Below the pieces are notes generated by a model. That model was not told the DNA's origin, did not search any database, and was given only the letters and a program-made list of their open reading frames with translations. A stretch of 55,728 nucleotides of DNA, filler included, from Bilabrum cf. latius (Eukaryota), in assembly GCA_965178125.1 (NCBI GenBank). It is 2 parts of 2 records of this genome, joined end to end, with 100 filler letters (N's around TTAATTAATTAA, not from the genome) between each part and the next. Parts side by side here need not be neighbours in the genome. Positions count along the whole stretch, not along the records: positions 27,937 to 55,728 come from CBCXTV010000024.1; 1 more part is not named here. One strand, given 5' to 3'. Positions within the stretch are counted from its first letter, which is position 1; each line of letters opens with the position of its first letter. Made by a program: the position numbers and the translations under genes. Positions 35,206 through 46,223 of this stretch are shown here, piece after piece.

Positions 35206-36843
35206 GTGAGCGATCTTCTGCCCGGTTCCTCACGCGTCATGATGTCCTCTGCTTCGGTGCCGGATCAGCTCGCACGGATCAGTAAGGAGCTGAAGTGTCT
35301 CAGAGACGCGAGACAACGGGCGCGCAATGGGCTGCGCCATCCGTGGTTGCGCGCCATGGAGGCACAGGTCGCTGAGGTTATTCGTCATCACCCCGGAGGT
35401 GGCGAGGCAGCTCTTCGAACCTATGTCTCTCGTCAGTTGCAGAGTCGACAGGTTTCCACGCGGACGGCTTCGCAGGAGGAGTTTCAAAGGCAGGTCGATG
35501 AGGAGGTCGCGCTCACCATGAGGCGCCCAGCTGAGGCGTGGCAGCGAAATCCTCTTCGCTCATGTCATCGAGAGTCCGTGGCACGCGCGGAGACCTTTCT
35601 CGCCGAGGCTTCTGTCGTTGCTTGGATCGACCATGTGAACGAGCAGCGTGGGTGTGCTCCAACTGGGAACATGGTTTTCGCCATGCTTGCGAGGATGGGC
35701 GTTCGCGCGGGGAAGGATTCGGCTCGACGGCAGTGGCTCCTGCGCTTCCGTCGTCGTTGGCGGCTTCGGCATGGCCGATTGAAGAAGCAGCCCCCGGTAA
35801 CACTCGATTACGTCAGACTCGCGTGTCGTGTCTTCTATCAGTGGATTGAATTCGCAGAAGCGCGAGTGCCCCGCAACCGCCGCCTCGTCTTTGTGAACTT
35901 CGATGAGTCCAGCGTGCCCTTTGCCTTTCCGGGAATGCGCGGGTACATCGCACCGAGGTCAGGAACGGAGCCCGCTTCGCTTGGTTCGCGCACGGAGCGC
36001 CTCGCCTCGAATAGCAATCGAGGATCGTACACCTTTCTGGGTTTCATTAGCGACTGCCCGGAAATCCAGCGACGACTCCCGCGTATACTCATCGGGAAGC
36101 ACACGCGGCTGAGCAAGCGCTTGATGCGTGGGGCGTCGAACCAAATGGTGGACGGAATGGAAGTCTGGGCCCGAGAGAGCTCGTGGGTGACGCAGTCCCT
36201 CATGTTCGACATTCTGCGTCGGCTTTTCGCTTCTTGGATGGACATTCAGCATGAGATCTATCCAATAGTGATACTTGACTGCGCGCCCCAACACATTTCC
36301 ACTGAGATTGTGAACTTCGCACACGGCCTTGGCATGGATCTCGTGTTTATTCCTGGTCGACTCACCTTCTTGCTTCAGCCGTTGGACGTTCTCGTCTTTC
36401 AGCTTCTTAAGCGCGACCTTCGGGAGACGTGGATGCAGGAGCGCTCGCGTCATGAAGCGGGTCATGTCGATGTCTCTTGCCATCTCAGGGTTGTCGCTGA
36501 GTGCACGAAGAGAGTGCTCTCGTCTGGCTCGTGGCAAGGCGCTTTCGATATGACAGGCATTACCAGCGGCAGGCGCCGCTTGCATTCGACCCTACGGCGC
36601 TTGTTTGAGTGTGACATGGAGGACATCTCCAGCGATGCTCCGTCTGTCGACCAGCTCCGCTTCATCAGCAGTCCGCAGCAGCCTCTCCCGCACGATGCGC
36701 TCATCAACAGGGCCCCAGTCGCGTCCGGACACGGGGTCGACGGAGGCGTCCACGGTGGTAACGCTCGCCGCGTGCCTCGTGGCCGCAGACTAAACGGATG
36801 GACCCCCCGCGATCGCGCTCACCCCTCGGCGGCCATGCCGTGA
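35206..36843 (+). CDS. pogo/Tigger-like (Tc1/mariner superfamily) DDE transposase, DD35D
   Basis: CENP-B/Tc5-like HTH end 'RQWLLRFRRRWRLR'. Catalytic triad 'VNFDES', 'ILDCAPQH', 'LQPLDVLVFQLLK', with 35 residues between the second and third Asp. Frame intact; first ATG at 35239. Confidence 0.88.
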   Translation: MSDLLPGSSRVMMSSASVPDQLARISKELKCLRDARQRARNGLRHPWLRAMEAQVAEVIRHHPGGGEAALRTYVSRQLQSRQVSTRTASQEEFQRQVDEEVALTMRRPAEAWQRNPLRSCHRESVARAETFLAEASVVAWIDHVNEQRGCAPTGNMVFAMLARMGVRAGKDSARRQWLLRFRRRWRLRHGRLKKQPPVTLDYVRLACRVFYQWIEFAEARVPRNRRLVFVNFDESSVPFAFPGMRGYIAPRSGTEPASLGSRTERLASNSNRGSYTFLGFISDCPEIQRRLPRILIGKHTRLSKRLMRGASNQMVDGMEVWARESSWVTQSLMFDILRRLFASWMDIQHEIYPIVILDCAPQHISTEIVNFAHGLGMDLVFIPGRLTFLLQPLDVLVFQLLKRDLRETWMQERSRHEAGHVDVSCHLRVVAECTKRVLSSGSWQGAFDMTGITSGRRRLHSTLRRLFECDMEDISSDAPSVDQLRFISSPQQPLPHDALINRAPVASGHGVDGGVHGGNARRVPRGRRLNGWTPRDRAHPSAAMP

Positions 36844-36857
36844 CCTCGACCACGACC

Positions 36858-37862
36858 ATGTCAGGGGCGAACGCGACTTCGTCAACCTCGAGCACGACCA
36901 TCCCAGCGGCGAACGCGGCTTCCTCGATGGGATCCCTGACCCCGACGAAGCTTCCCCGACCTCGGCCACGTGAACCTGCAGGCGCATTCTTGCCCGATGT
37001 GCCCGCGCAGGTGGCGGCCTGCACGGCGTGGGCGCCACCGTTTCGTCGACCAGACAGCTCAGCCACTCCGGCGACGCGCGAGGCGGCAACGTCCACGTGC
37101 ATCAATCCGTGGACCGCTCTCTCCTGGTATCCGACACCACCGCAGCCGACGGACCCCCCTTCCGACAGGCCTCGCGAGGTACCGAACCCGAGCTCCCGGC
37201 AGCAGCGCAGGCGTCATGCTTGGGGCGGCACGTGGGTGTTCGACGACGCCATTACGCTCAGCGATTGCGGGTCGAGGGTGCAGATCGACGCGCCGCAGTC
37301 GAAGCTCTTGGCGATGGTCGTGCCCCGGAAGTCGGGCCAGTGGATTCCTCGTAGGCTGCGCTCGCGTACGATCTGGTATTTGGCTGGGGAGCAGTCGGCC
37401 GTGATCACCAACCTCAAGTGCCAGGCCTGCAGTCGGGTCAAGCAGGCGGACAGCTTCAACCCGAAGAGCTTGCGTCGGGCTCAGTACTCGTTGCTGCATT
37501 CCCTGTGGCCCGGCTACATACGACGTACCGAGCGGTCTATTTGGTGCACGCAGTGTGCGGTGGAGGACCAGTTGATGCAGGGCAACTTTCCGGACGGCTA
37601 CTGTTTCCGGATCCGCGCCACACTCGAAATTTGCCATCAAGATCGCGTCGCGGCCAGGCTGTTTGCAGTGCACGACAGTAACGCTCTCTTCGAGCAGATC
37701 CCGCTGAGCTCCCATGCGGCCATGGACGTGGCGGAGCAGTTGCGTCGATACTGGCAGGATGCCGTGTCCTCAGACGGCCAGAGCAACATCTTCCACAGCG
37801 ACCACGTTTCGACAGACGACGACTCTGAGTTCGCACCGGGCGGACCGGAGAGCGTGCCGTGA
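36858..37862 (+). CDS. Hypothetical protein with Ser/Thr/Pro-rich N-terminus and CxxC...CxxC zinc finger
   Basis: ATG lies 15 bp after the transposase stop. Contains 'LKCQACSRVKQADSFNPKSL...WCTQC'. Sibling fragments in the mosaic conserve the frame. Confidence 0.65.
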   Translation: MSGANATSSTSSTTIPAANAASSMGSLTPTKLPRPRPREPAGAFLPDVPAQVAACTAWAPPFRRPDSSATPATREAATSTCINPWTALSWYPTPPQPTDPPSDRPREVPNPSSRQQRRRHAWGGTWVFDDAITLSDCGSRVQIDAPQSKLLAMVVPRKSGQWIPRRLRSRTIWYLAGEQSAVITNLKCQACSRVKQADSFNPKSLRRAQYSLLHSLWPGYIRRTERSIWCTQCAVEDQLMQGNFPDGYCFRIRATLEICHQDRVAARLFAVHDSNALFEQIPLSSHAAMDVAEQLRRYWQDAVSSDGQSNIFHSDHVSTDDDSEFAPGGPESVP

Positions 37863-38062
37863 GGGACCGCAGCGACAGTATCGTCGCTTAGGTGAGGAGC
37901 GGGTGCCAATGCTCTTTTGAAAATGGTGCGTCGTACGTACGGCAGGAACCGTCGGTGGGAGCGGGGCGGATCCTGCGGGAAGTCGTGGAGACTGAGGGCA
38001 GAGACTCTCGGGTCGGTCAGGGTCTCATGTAACGTGCTGTTCACCGCAGAGGTATGTGCGGA

Positions 38063-38316
38063 TCTTGGTGGATCTCTCGAGGACATGGGTGGCATACCGT
38101 TGTGCATCCGTTCCCCGGGGGGGGCGGTCGCAGAAGAGTGCACACGAAAACAAGAGGAAAGGAGACCAACCCCCCAAACCCACGTAGTGCGATCCTGGGG
38201 GGTACCCTATAAGGTACTAAGAATCCTTCTCCCGAAAATCGCACTACCTCGGGCCACAACGTCTTGGTGGATTCCTCGAGGACATGGGTGGCATACCGTT
38301 GTGCATCCGTTCCCCG
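38063..38316 (+). repeat. 55-bp direct repeats flanking a 145-bp copy of the stem-loop common region
   Basis: 38063-38117 and 38262-38316 differ at two positions. The enclosed 38115-38262 is homologous to 54470-54611. Confidence 0.85.
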
Positions 38317-41300
38317 TCGCTCCCTAACGTCTTCAGTGGCAGGTTCGGAAAAGACACCTCCGTAGGCACGCGACAAGTCCCGGTGAAGCGGGCTCGCACC
38401 GCGCTGGGCGGGAGATCGTGAGCGCTTAGAGGACCGGAGCTCTCGGGCGGGTGCGTGTCTCGACAAACTCCCTCTTGACCACGGGCGGGGAACGTGTAGG
38501 GCGGAAGCTAAAGACACCGTAAGTAGCGGAGGGCTAACATTCCGTCCTTCGGTGAGAGCCAAAAGTTCGAGTCTGCGAGAGACTATTATACGAAGTTCTC
38601 CCCTCCTCATACGTGCGCATAGCCTCCTCACGCGGTAGCGCGAGCGCGGGACCCGGACCTGTCCCTGATGGGCGTGAATCTGAACCCGGCGTACTCTCCT
38701 AGTCTGTCACTTCCACGACCTTGTTGTCGCGGAACCACTTGTACGGAGAGGAACCTGTCGTTCAAGCGGGTGCAGCCGGACGCGCAGGTGTAGTGCATCG
38801 CCTTGCATATGTGCACGGCCAAGTAGATGCCGGAACCGTAGAGGTATCACACTTCCCGCGGAGCTTGGGTGGGTCTTTCGCTGCTGTCGTCTGCTCCAGA
38901 AGGTTTGCGCCAAAAACCGGAAAACTTCTAAGACAGAGGTGGGATGCCAGGAGCTCACGGTCCTGCCGGATTGGGGAGGTCCATGCCCACGCGAGCCGGG
39001 TACTCGCCGAATCCAACGCGAGCCGTTCCCCACGGCGCACCGATAAGTGTCGGGACGCCGAGAGCAGGCACGCTGACGGCGCCAAGGACGCTCGTGGTCC
39101 GGCACGTGAGGAGCCTCTTGCGAAGCGCCGCGTCTCTGTTGAACACACAAATGACTCTGAGCTCCACCGTAACGTAACGTGCCATCACCACTCTCGATCT
39201 CGGAAAGGGCGGGAGTGCGCTCTTGCATTCGGAATGGGCGGGGATAGAGCCAGTCCAGCATGTGTGGGCGTGAAGCCGGAGGAGTTGCTCTTCCTGGGAG
39301 CATGTGCGAGATTCCTTCTCCGCGGATCCTCTTTCGGCTTCGGCAGTCAGCAGCGCACTCTGTGGGAACGGCATTCTCCGTCGCCAACGCCGTGCATGAG
39401 AGCGCCTGCCGACAAAGTTTACGCCAAAAACCGCAAAACATGTGGGACAGAGGTGGGATGCCTGGGGCTCGCGGTTATGACACATTAGGAAGGTCCATGC
39501 CCATGTCACCGCCACCATGGCGACACGCGCCCAGACCTTGGAGGGTTTTTCAGTGGTGTCGCCTGCCGGGGAGGGTTTACGCGGAAAACCGGAGAACTTG
39601 TGCGTTTCGCGTTCCCGAAGCCCGCCATTACTCCGGGAGGGAGCCTGCCAACGAGGTGGTGCTTGGCGAAATGTGGTGGGTCGCGAAGATGTGGTACTTC
39701 GCCGTGCCTTTCTCTATGACGGCCAAGCGTGCACTCGCCATCGCGCTCGGACGCCACAGGAAGAGATCCCAGCACGCAGCTCCGCCGCCTCATCCAGGAG
39801 TAAGGCGAAGTCGAATCGTGAATAGCGCTTCGCACCTTCACAGAGCCGAGGATCACAGATAGGCCCCGCCTCACAGAACCCAGCGCCATAGGGCAGAGCG
39901 TGAAGTACCTGGCCGCTTGGCTTGGCCGGACCCCCGCCCGCCCTCCGCCGGCAGCTCCTCCCGTCCGTCCCTATGGAGGCAGATCCGCGTACCCATGCTG
40001 CGGCGGGATCCTGACACAATCCGTTCCTCTTAGTGTGTGGCCGTGGGGCATGAGTAGAGCAGCATCGGGCCCTCACCAGCCGTGGAACGGAAGCAGCTCT
40101 CCGTGCGGCAGCTGTGCGATGCACAGACCTTTTCCCAAAGATACGGATCCATTTTGCCGTCTTCCCGCGCATACTGCATCGCTCTGCAAAACTGCATTGC
40201 GCAGTGGATCCCGGAGCGTCGACTGCCAATAGCAGGCGGCCTCGCAAGGCCTTCATGGACGCAGGATTTGGGCTTCTTCATCGTAAATTTGGGGTCTGCT
40301 CAGCGCGCGAAAATTCCAACGCTTCAAAATGGATCCGGACGTCGCGAGAAGGGAACTCGTTGCTTGCTCACCTGTGCGGAGGGGTTGGATGCCCGATGTG
40401 CTAAAGAGAGGATATTGTCCGTCGGCGTTCTCTCTTCACCTTGTGCGGAAGGGTTGGGTGCCTGATTTCAGACAGAGAAGGTCTCGTCCGTCGGGAGCGC
40501 TTAGGAATACTTCCGGATGGGGCGTCCAGACGCGGTCCAGGACCTCCAGCTCGTCGGGGTCAATGTCGCCCGCGCCGTCCGTGCCTTTGACGCCCTCTGG
40601 ATCGATGATGCCCACGATCTTTGTCATCTCGGACGACACACGTCCCAGCTGCTCTTTGGTAGTGCATTACCTCATTGACCCCGAAGCGTTGAATATTTAA
40701 TGAAGACCCTTCGGAAGCTGACGAAGTTTGTCAGCTTGTCGGAGCGCAGCCTGGGTCCTTGTCAACAAACATGGAGGGTTTCGGGGGCGGATTTCCAGCG
40801 TTCCGCCTTGATTTCGAGTGCACCTCGAGGTCGGGATCGAAGCGGGGCGGGCGGTTCGTCATCCTCTGTGATACGCTTAGGAGGCGCCGACTTGATGCCC
40901 ACCTTGTCCCCCAATCACTCCAGACGTAACTGGGGAACTCTTCCCGTCGTGGGCCGGGTACGCCTCCGAATCCCACGCGAGCCGTTCCCCACGGCGCACC
41001 GATAAGCGCCGCTGCAAGCGTACCAAGAGGGGCGTACCAAGAGGTGCTTCCTTCGCTCGGCAGTGTGGCACTTCAAGCAGTAGAATGTGCCACTCCCAGC
41101 ACGTAGGTGGAGTTTGCGAGCTGCCGGCCGACATGCTCGTGTGGTGACCTCCGGCGCACCGATAAGTGCCGCTGCAAGCGCACCAATACTACTTCGCTTG
41201 GGAGCGTGGCACTTTAAGCAATGCAGTGCGCCGGTTTTCGTGCACGCCCAGTCGCGCGGACGCCGCAGGTGGCTTGGCCGTAGGATAGAATTAGTGGCGG

Positions 41301-41536
41301 GTCGGTTTTGCATGTCTTCCCTCTCCTCTTGATATGGTACAGAAAGGCAAGAGCCTGACGATGCAGACGGAACTCCTGGATTTCACCGCCACATTCCTAG
41401 TCAAGACAGCCCTCGACTAAACAGACGCCGAGTTATCTTGAGCAGCATCCCACGACGCAGTGATGTGGACGGCAAGGGTGATGCCATGCTTTCCGGGCCT
41501 CCCATGTGACCGCTTTTTGCGTACCGAAACACTTTC

Positions 41537-43500
41537 CGAGGTCGACGCCCCGGCGGAGCACGCCGGCGCGGCGGCAAGCGTCGATGTTGCGGGCGGCCCA
41601 GCCATGAGGTACATGATCAAGTACGCGGAAAGCACGCAGAGCGTCGTCAATCCGTTCGTGAGCCGCGAGTTCCAAAAGGTCTTCGAGCACATCCCCCCGG
41701 AAAGCACGCAGAGCATCGTCAATCCGTTCGTGAGCCGCGAGTTCCAGAAGGTCTTCGAGCACATCCCCCCGGAAAGCACGCAGAGCATCGTCAATCCGTT
41801 CGTGAGCCGCGAGTTCCAAAAGGTCTTCGAGCACATCCCCCGGATGATGTCGAGCATGCGGACGCCCTGCTCCGGATGATGTCGGCCATGCGGACGCTCT
41901 TCCCAGACCTTGCGCGGCAGCGGGACGAAAATGGAGCTCTCCCTGCACCGCAAGCACGCCGGAAACCTGGTGCACTTCCACGTATGCATGACGGACTCCG
42001 AGAGGTCGCATCGTTGTCGCGTGGCGGAGGATTTCATTTGGGCCGGCAGCAGGCCGAATGTCGTGTACGGCTTTTAGGTACCGAACCCGAGCTCCCGGCA
42101 GCAGCGCAGGCGGCATGCTTGGGGCGGCACGTGGATCTTCGACGACGCCATTACGCTCAGCGATTGCGGGTCGAGGGTGCAGATCGACGCGCCGCAGTCG
42201 AAGCTCTTGGCGATGGTCGTGCCCCGGAAGTCGGGCCAGTGGATTCCTCATAGGCTGCGCTCGCGTACGATCTGGTATTTGGGTGGGGAGCAGTCGGCCG
42301 TGATCACCAACCTCAAGTGCCAGGCCTGCAGTCGGGTCAAGCAGGCGGGAACGGCATTCTCCGAGTCTCTTTGCCGATGATGTCTGAGGAGAAACCGTCC
42401 GAGAGCATTGCTGTTTCCTTGGGAGACGGCCGCAATCTTCGTGGGCGTCAAGGCGCCGGTAATATGGGAAACGAGGGCGGCATGTTGGCGCGCGAGGTCG
42501 ACGCCCCGGCGGAGCACGCCGGCGCGGCGGCAAGCGTCGATGTTGCGGGCGGCCCAGCCATGAGGTACATGATCAAGTACGCGGAAAGCACGCAGAGCGT
42601 CGTCAATCCGTTCGTGAGCCGCGAGTTCCAAAAGGTCTTCGAGCACATCCCCCCGGAAAGCACGCAGAGCATCGTCAATCCGTTCGTGAGCCGCGAGTTC
42701 CAGAAGGTCTTCGAGCACATCCCCCCGGAAAGCACGCAGAGCATCGTCAATCCGTTCGTGAGCCGCGAGTTCCAAAAGGTCTTCGAGCACATCCCCCGGA
42801 TGATGTCGAGCATGCGGACGCCCTGCTCCGGATGATGTCGGCCATGCGGACGCTCTTCCCAGACCTTGCGCGGCAGCGGGACGAAAATGGAGCTCTCCCT
42901 GCACCGCAAGCACGCCGGAAACCTGGTGCACTTCCACGTATGCATGACGGACTCCGAGAGGTCGCATCGTTGTCGCGTGGCGGAGGATTTCATTTGGGCC
43001 GGCAGCAGGCCGAATGTCGTGTACGGCTTTTAGGTACCGAACCCGAGCTCCCGGCAGCAGCGCAGGCGGCATGCTTGGGGCGGCACGTGGATCTTCGACG
43101 ACGCCATTACGCTCAGCGATTGCGGGTCGAGGGTGCAGATCGACGCGCCGCAGTCGAAGCTCTTGGCGATGGTCGTGCCCCGGAAGTCGGGCCAGTGGAT
43201 TCCTCATAGGCTGCGCTCGCGTACGATCTGGTATTTGGGTGGGGAGCAGTCGGCCGTGATCACCAACCTCAAGTGCCAGGCCTGCAGTCGGGTCAAGCAG
43301 GCGGGAACGGCATTCTCCGAGTCTCTTTGCCGATGATGTCTGAGGAGAAACCGTCCGAGAGCATTGCTGTTTCCTTGGGAGACGGCCGCAATCTTCGTGG
43401 GCGTCAAGGCGCCGGTAATATGGGAAACGAGGGCGGCATGTTGGCGCGCGAGGTCGACGCCCCGGCGGAGCACGCCGGCGCGGCGGCAAGCGTCGATGTT
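41537..43500 (+). repeat. 956-bp tandem duplication of a mosaic block, containing a 72-bp x3 sub-repeat
   Basis: Identical ORFs are offset by 956 bp (41876/42832, 42177/43133). The 72-bp units start at 41626, 41698 and 41770. Confidence 0.93.
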
Positions 43501-44983
43501 CAGGCGGCCCCCACATCGAGAGCGGCGGCGCGGAGGCGGCGTCCACGGGGATGCTCGGAGAGGAGAGCGGCAAGGCAGCGCCGAAGGAGGACGCCGAAGA
43601 CGACGGCGGCAAGAAGACGGAGGAGGAGGATGCTCGCGACGTATGGTCAGACGCAGCCGCTTGGAAGGCGGGTGGCGGCGTGGCAGACGGGAAGGATGTC
43701 GGAACCTGGGGTTCATGGAAGACGCCTGCGAAGTCGTCATGGGGGGAGCCGTACGTGCCGTGGCAGGTCGCGCCGGAGCCGGCGGAGGAGGCGACATGGA
43801 CTTGCAACGCGTGCCAGGGCCTAAGCCCCGGTCAGAGTACTTCAAGAAGTGGAAGGACTGGATCCAACCAGTTTGCCGGGTGTGTTGCGACAAGTTCGAC
43901 AACGCGACGCCGTGGTGGGTGAGGTGCAAGAATTGCAAAAACGAGTTTCCGGCGTACCGATTTCCCCAGATCCGCCGGAAGAGGGAGAACCTGCGCTACT
44001 TCTTCCCTGAGGACTGGTGCGCGAAGTGCCTGGTTGCGCGTGGCTGGAGTCTCCATGATGTCCGTTCCTCTGCGGGTGAAGCGAAGCGTTGGGTGCCAAA
44101 AGCTTGCGCGAATACCGCTGACGGCGACAACGACGCTCGTGCTCCCGCGCGCGACGAGCCTTCTGCAGGGGACGCCGCCTCGTGCAGCAACGCCGTGCGT
44201 CAGAGTCCTTCGCGTGACGAGGCCTTGGACGATATCAACCGGGCCATGGAGCTTCTCCGGAATGCGGAGAAATTCATCTCCGCGATGCCATCGTGCATGC
44301 AGTGTGCGGTGCAGGACCAGTTGATGCAGGGCATCGTCAAAGACCAGGCCCTCTTGGATATCTTCTCCGGCAAGATAACGGACTGGATCAAATACCATCC
44401 GGCCACTCTTGGGGCGATCCAATCCCATCGAAACGCATGGCTGTGGGCTGAGAACCACACGCCGACGGAATGGCTCATGGTTGTCGAGGATGATATCGAA
44501 CCTCGCGAAGCATGCGTGGATCGGCTACTCGTAGTTCTTCACGCCATCGCGAAAAACCCCAAGGTGACGCAGATGGCCATGTTAGCGGGGTCAGAAGCAC
44601 CGAGAATGGTCAGCCTCCAGCGCGGAAACTCCACCTCCATCCACAACTGCGAGCGCCTCTTGGACGTGCGGACCTATCCGGCGCACTGGGTAGACAACAC
44701 ATTTGTGGTCCCCTTCCACGTCGGCATGGGCCTAAAGTGGTATCTCATCAGCCCGGAGGGGAGGAAGGCGCTCCTGAAGATGCGGATCCCGAACCGAAGC
44801 TTCGAACGCTGCGTCTGGCGCCGCATCTTCGACACGTTCCAAGGGCCGGTATGTAAGTGGGAAGATTGCTTCCGCATGACATCTGTGCTGGCAGCCAGCC
44901 CGGTCCTCGCATCGACTCCCGAGAGCATGGACACGGAGTGGGGGGCTCGGGACGACGAAGTGCGGATGCAGGGCACAGTATGA
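43364..44983 (+). pseudogene. Chimeric ORF: zinc-finger domain + 41-bp linker from ORF 36858 + glycosyltransferase-like domain
   Basis: '...AEKFISAMPS|CMQCAVQDQLMQG|IVKDQALLDIFSGK...'. All three parts are in their native frames. It ends after a 1-bp G-run deletion near 44945. Confidence 0.7.
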
Positions 44984-45342
44984 AACCGTACATAATGATC
45001 GACCCGAGTGACGACTGGACTCTTGGCGAGCGATTAAACACATTGTCCGTCGTGATGTCCGTGTGCGCGGCCCTGAGTTGGGGGGTTGTCCTCGTCTGGG
45101 AAAAAACAGAGCGCGTGCCCATCTCCTACGAAGACTTGTGCGGTGTTCACGAGCACGCCGGCGAAACCTCGAGTTTTGGCATCAAGATCGTGTCGCGGCC
45201 AGGCTGTACGACGGCGGCAAGAAGACGGAGAAGGAGGATGCTCACGGTATCGCCCTGATCATCTGCACGACTTCGTGGGGCTCCATGACGTAACGGCGAG
45301 CGAGAACATTGACTGGTGGCGTGGCTGGAGGATCTCGGGAAC

Positions 45343-45506
45343 ACACGGCGGGCGAGCCGTTTTTCAAAAGGAGCACGGGTCCTTCGGGACGCCATTTCAC
45401 TTACGGCGGGCGAGCCGTTTTCCGAATGGTGCGGGGGTCCTACTGATGCACACGGCGATCGCTGGTTCACTCACGGCGGGCGAGCCGTTTTCCGAATGGT
45501 GCGGAG
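45343..45506 (+). repeat. Three-copy imperfect repeat
   Basis: ACGGCGGGCGAGCCGTTTT occurs three times, two of them followed by CCGAATGGTGCGG. Confidence 0.8.
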
Positions 45507-46026
45507 TCCTCCAGATGACCACGGTGATGGGTGGCAGCATGTCATAGGCGCGCCGTCGGAAGCTTCCCCTTCGAGTGCTGCCTAAAACTGAGAAACCTGG
45601 AGATCCTAGCATCGTATGGAGGCACGAGGTAACACCAGTGGGGTCCGTTCTCCGCTTCAATTCCTGTCCCAAATCCGATTCCCATTTCGAGACCGAAAAA
45701 GGTGACCCGGAAAACGACGGTACTTATTTCTGAACCGTTTTCCGGACGCTTTCCGGGCCTCCCATGTGACCGCTTTTTGCGTACCGAAACACGTTCCGCG
45801 CGTGAGGAGCAGATGCGGATCTCCGCGGGGTCCTATTTGTGTCTTTTTTCGGGGGACGAAATCGGGCGCACTTCTCGTGCCGATTTGTGGTCGTCTCTGA
45901 AACCGGCTGCGAGTCGGGAAAGGTGCCCGAGATGCTCGTGTCCTTGGCTTCGTATTTCTCCGCATATTCTTCAAACGCGGGCGGCAGTGGCTCCTGCGCG
46001 GGAGCTTCCCGAGTGGGTCCGTCGTG

Positions 46027-46223
46027 CAGTGCGCTGGGTAGGTCCGCAGGTCAAGGAGGCGTTCGCAGTTATAGACGTAGGTGGAGTTTGCGAGCTGCCG
46101 GCCGACATGCACATGTGGTGACCGGAGGTCACCACATGAGCATGTCGGCCGGCAGCTCGCAAACTCCACCTACGTCTATAACTGCGAACGCCTCCTTGAC
46201 CTGCGGACCTACCCAGCGCACTG
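46027..46223. repeat. Long inverted repeat (97-bp arms, 3-nt loop, one mismatch)
   Basis: 46027-46123 is the reverse complement of 46127-46223. The right arm encodes 'NSTYVYNCERLLDLRTYPAH', a paralog of ORF 50254. Confidence 0.95.

Noticed and set aside
42070-42080. TTTTAGG filler at a mosaic junction resembling telomerase-added sequence
   Set aside because: Only three untemplated T residues are needed to explain it, which is too short to distinguish from chance.
31366-43938. Long minus-strand ORFs (e.g. 31366-32685, 41433-42533, 42248-43807)
   Set aside because: They are antisense shadows of GC-rich plus-strand genes or mosaic fragments, with no independent motifs.
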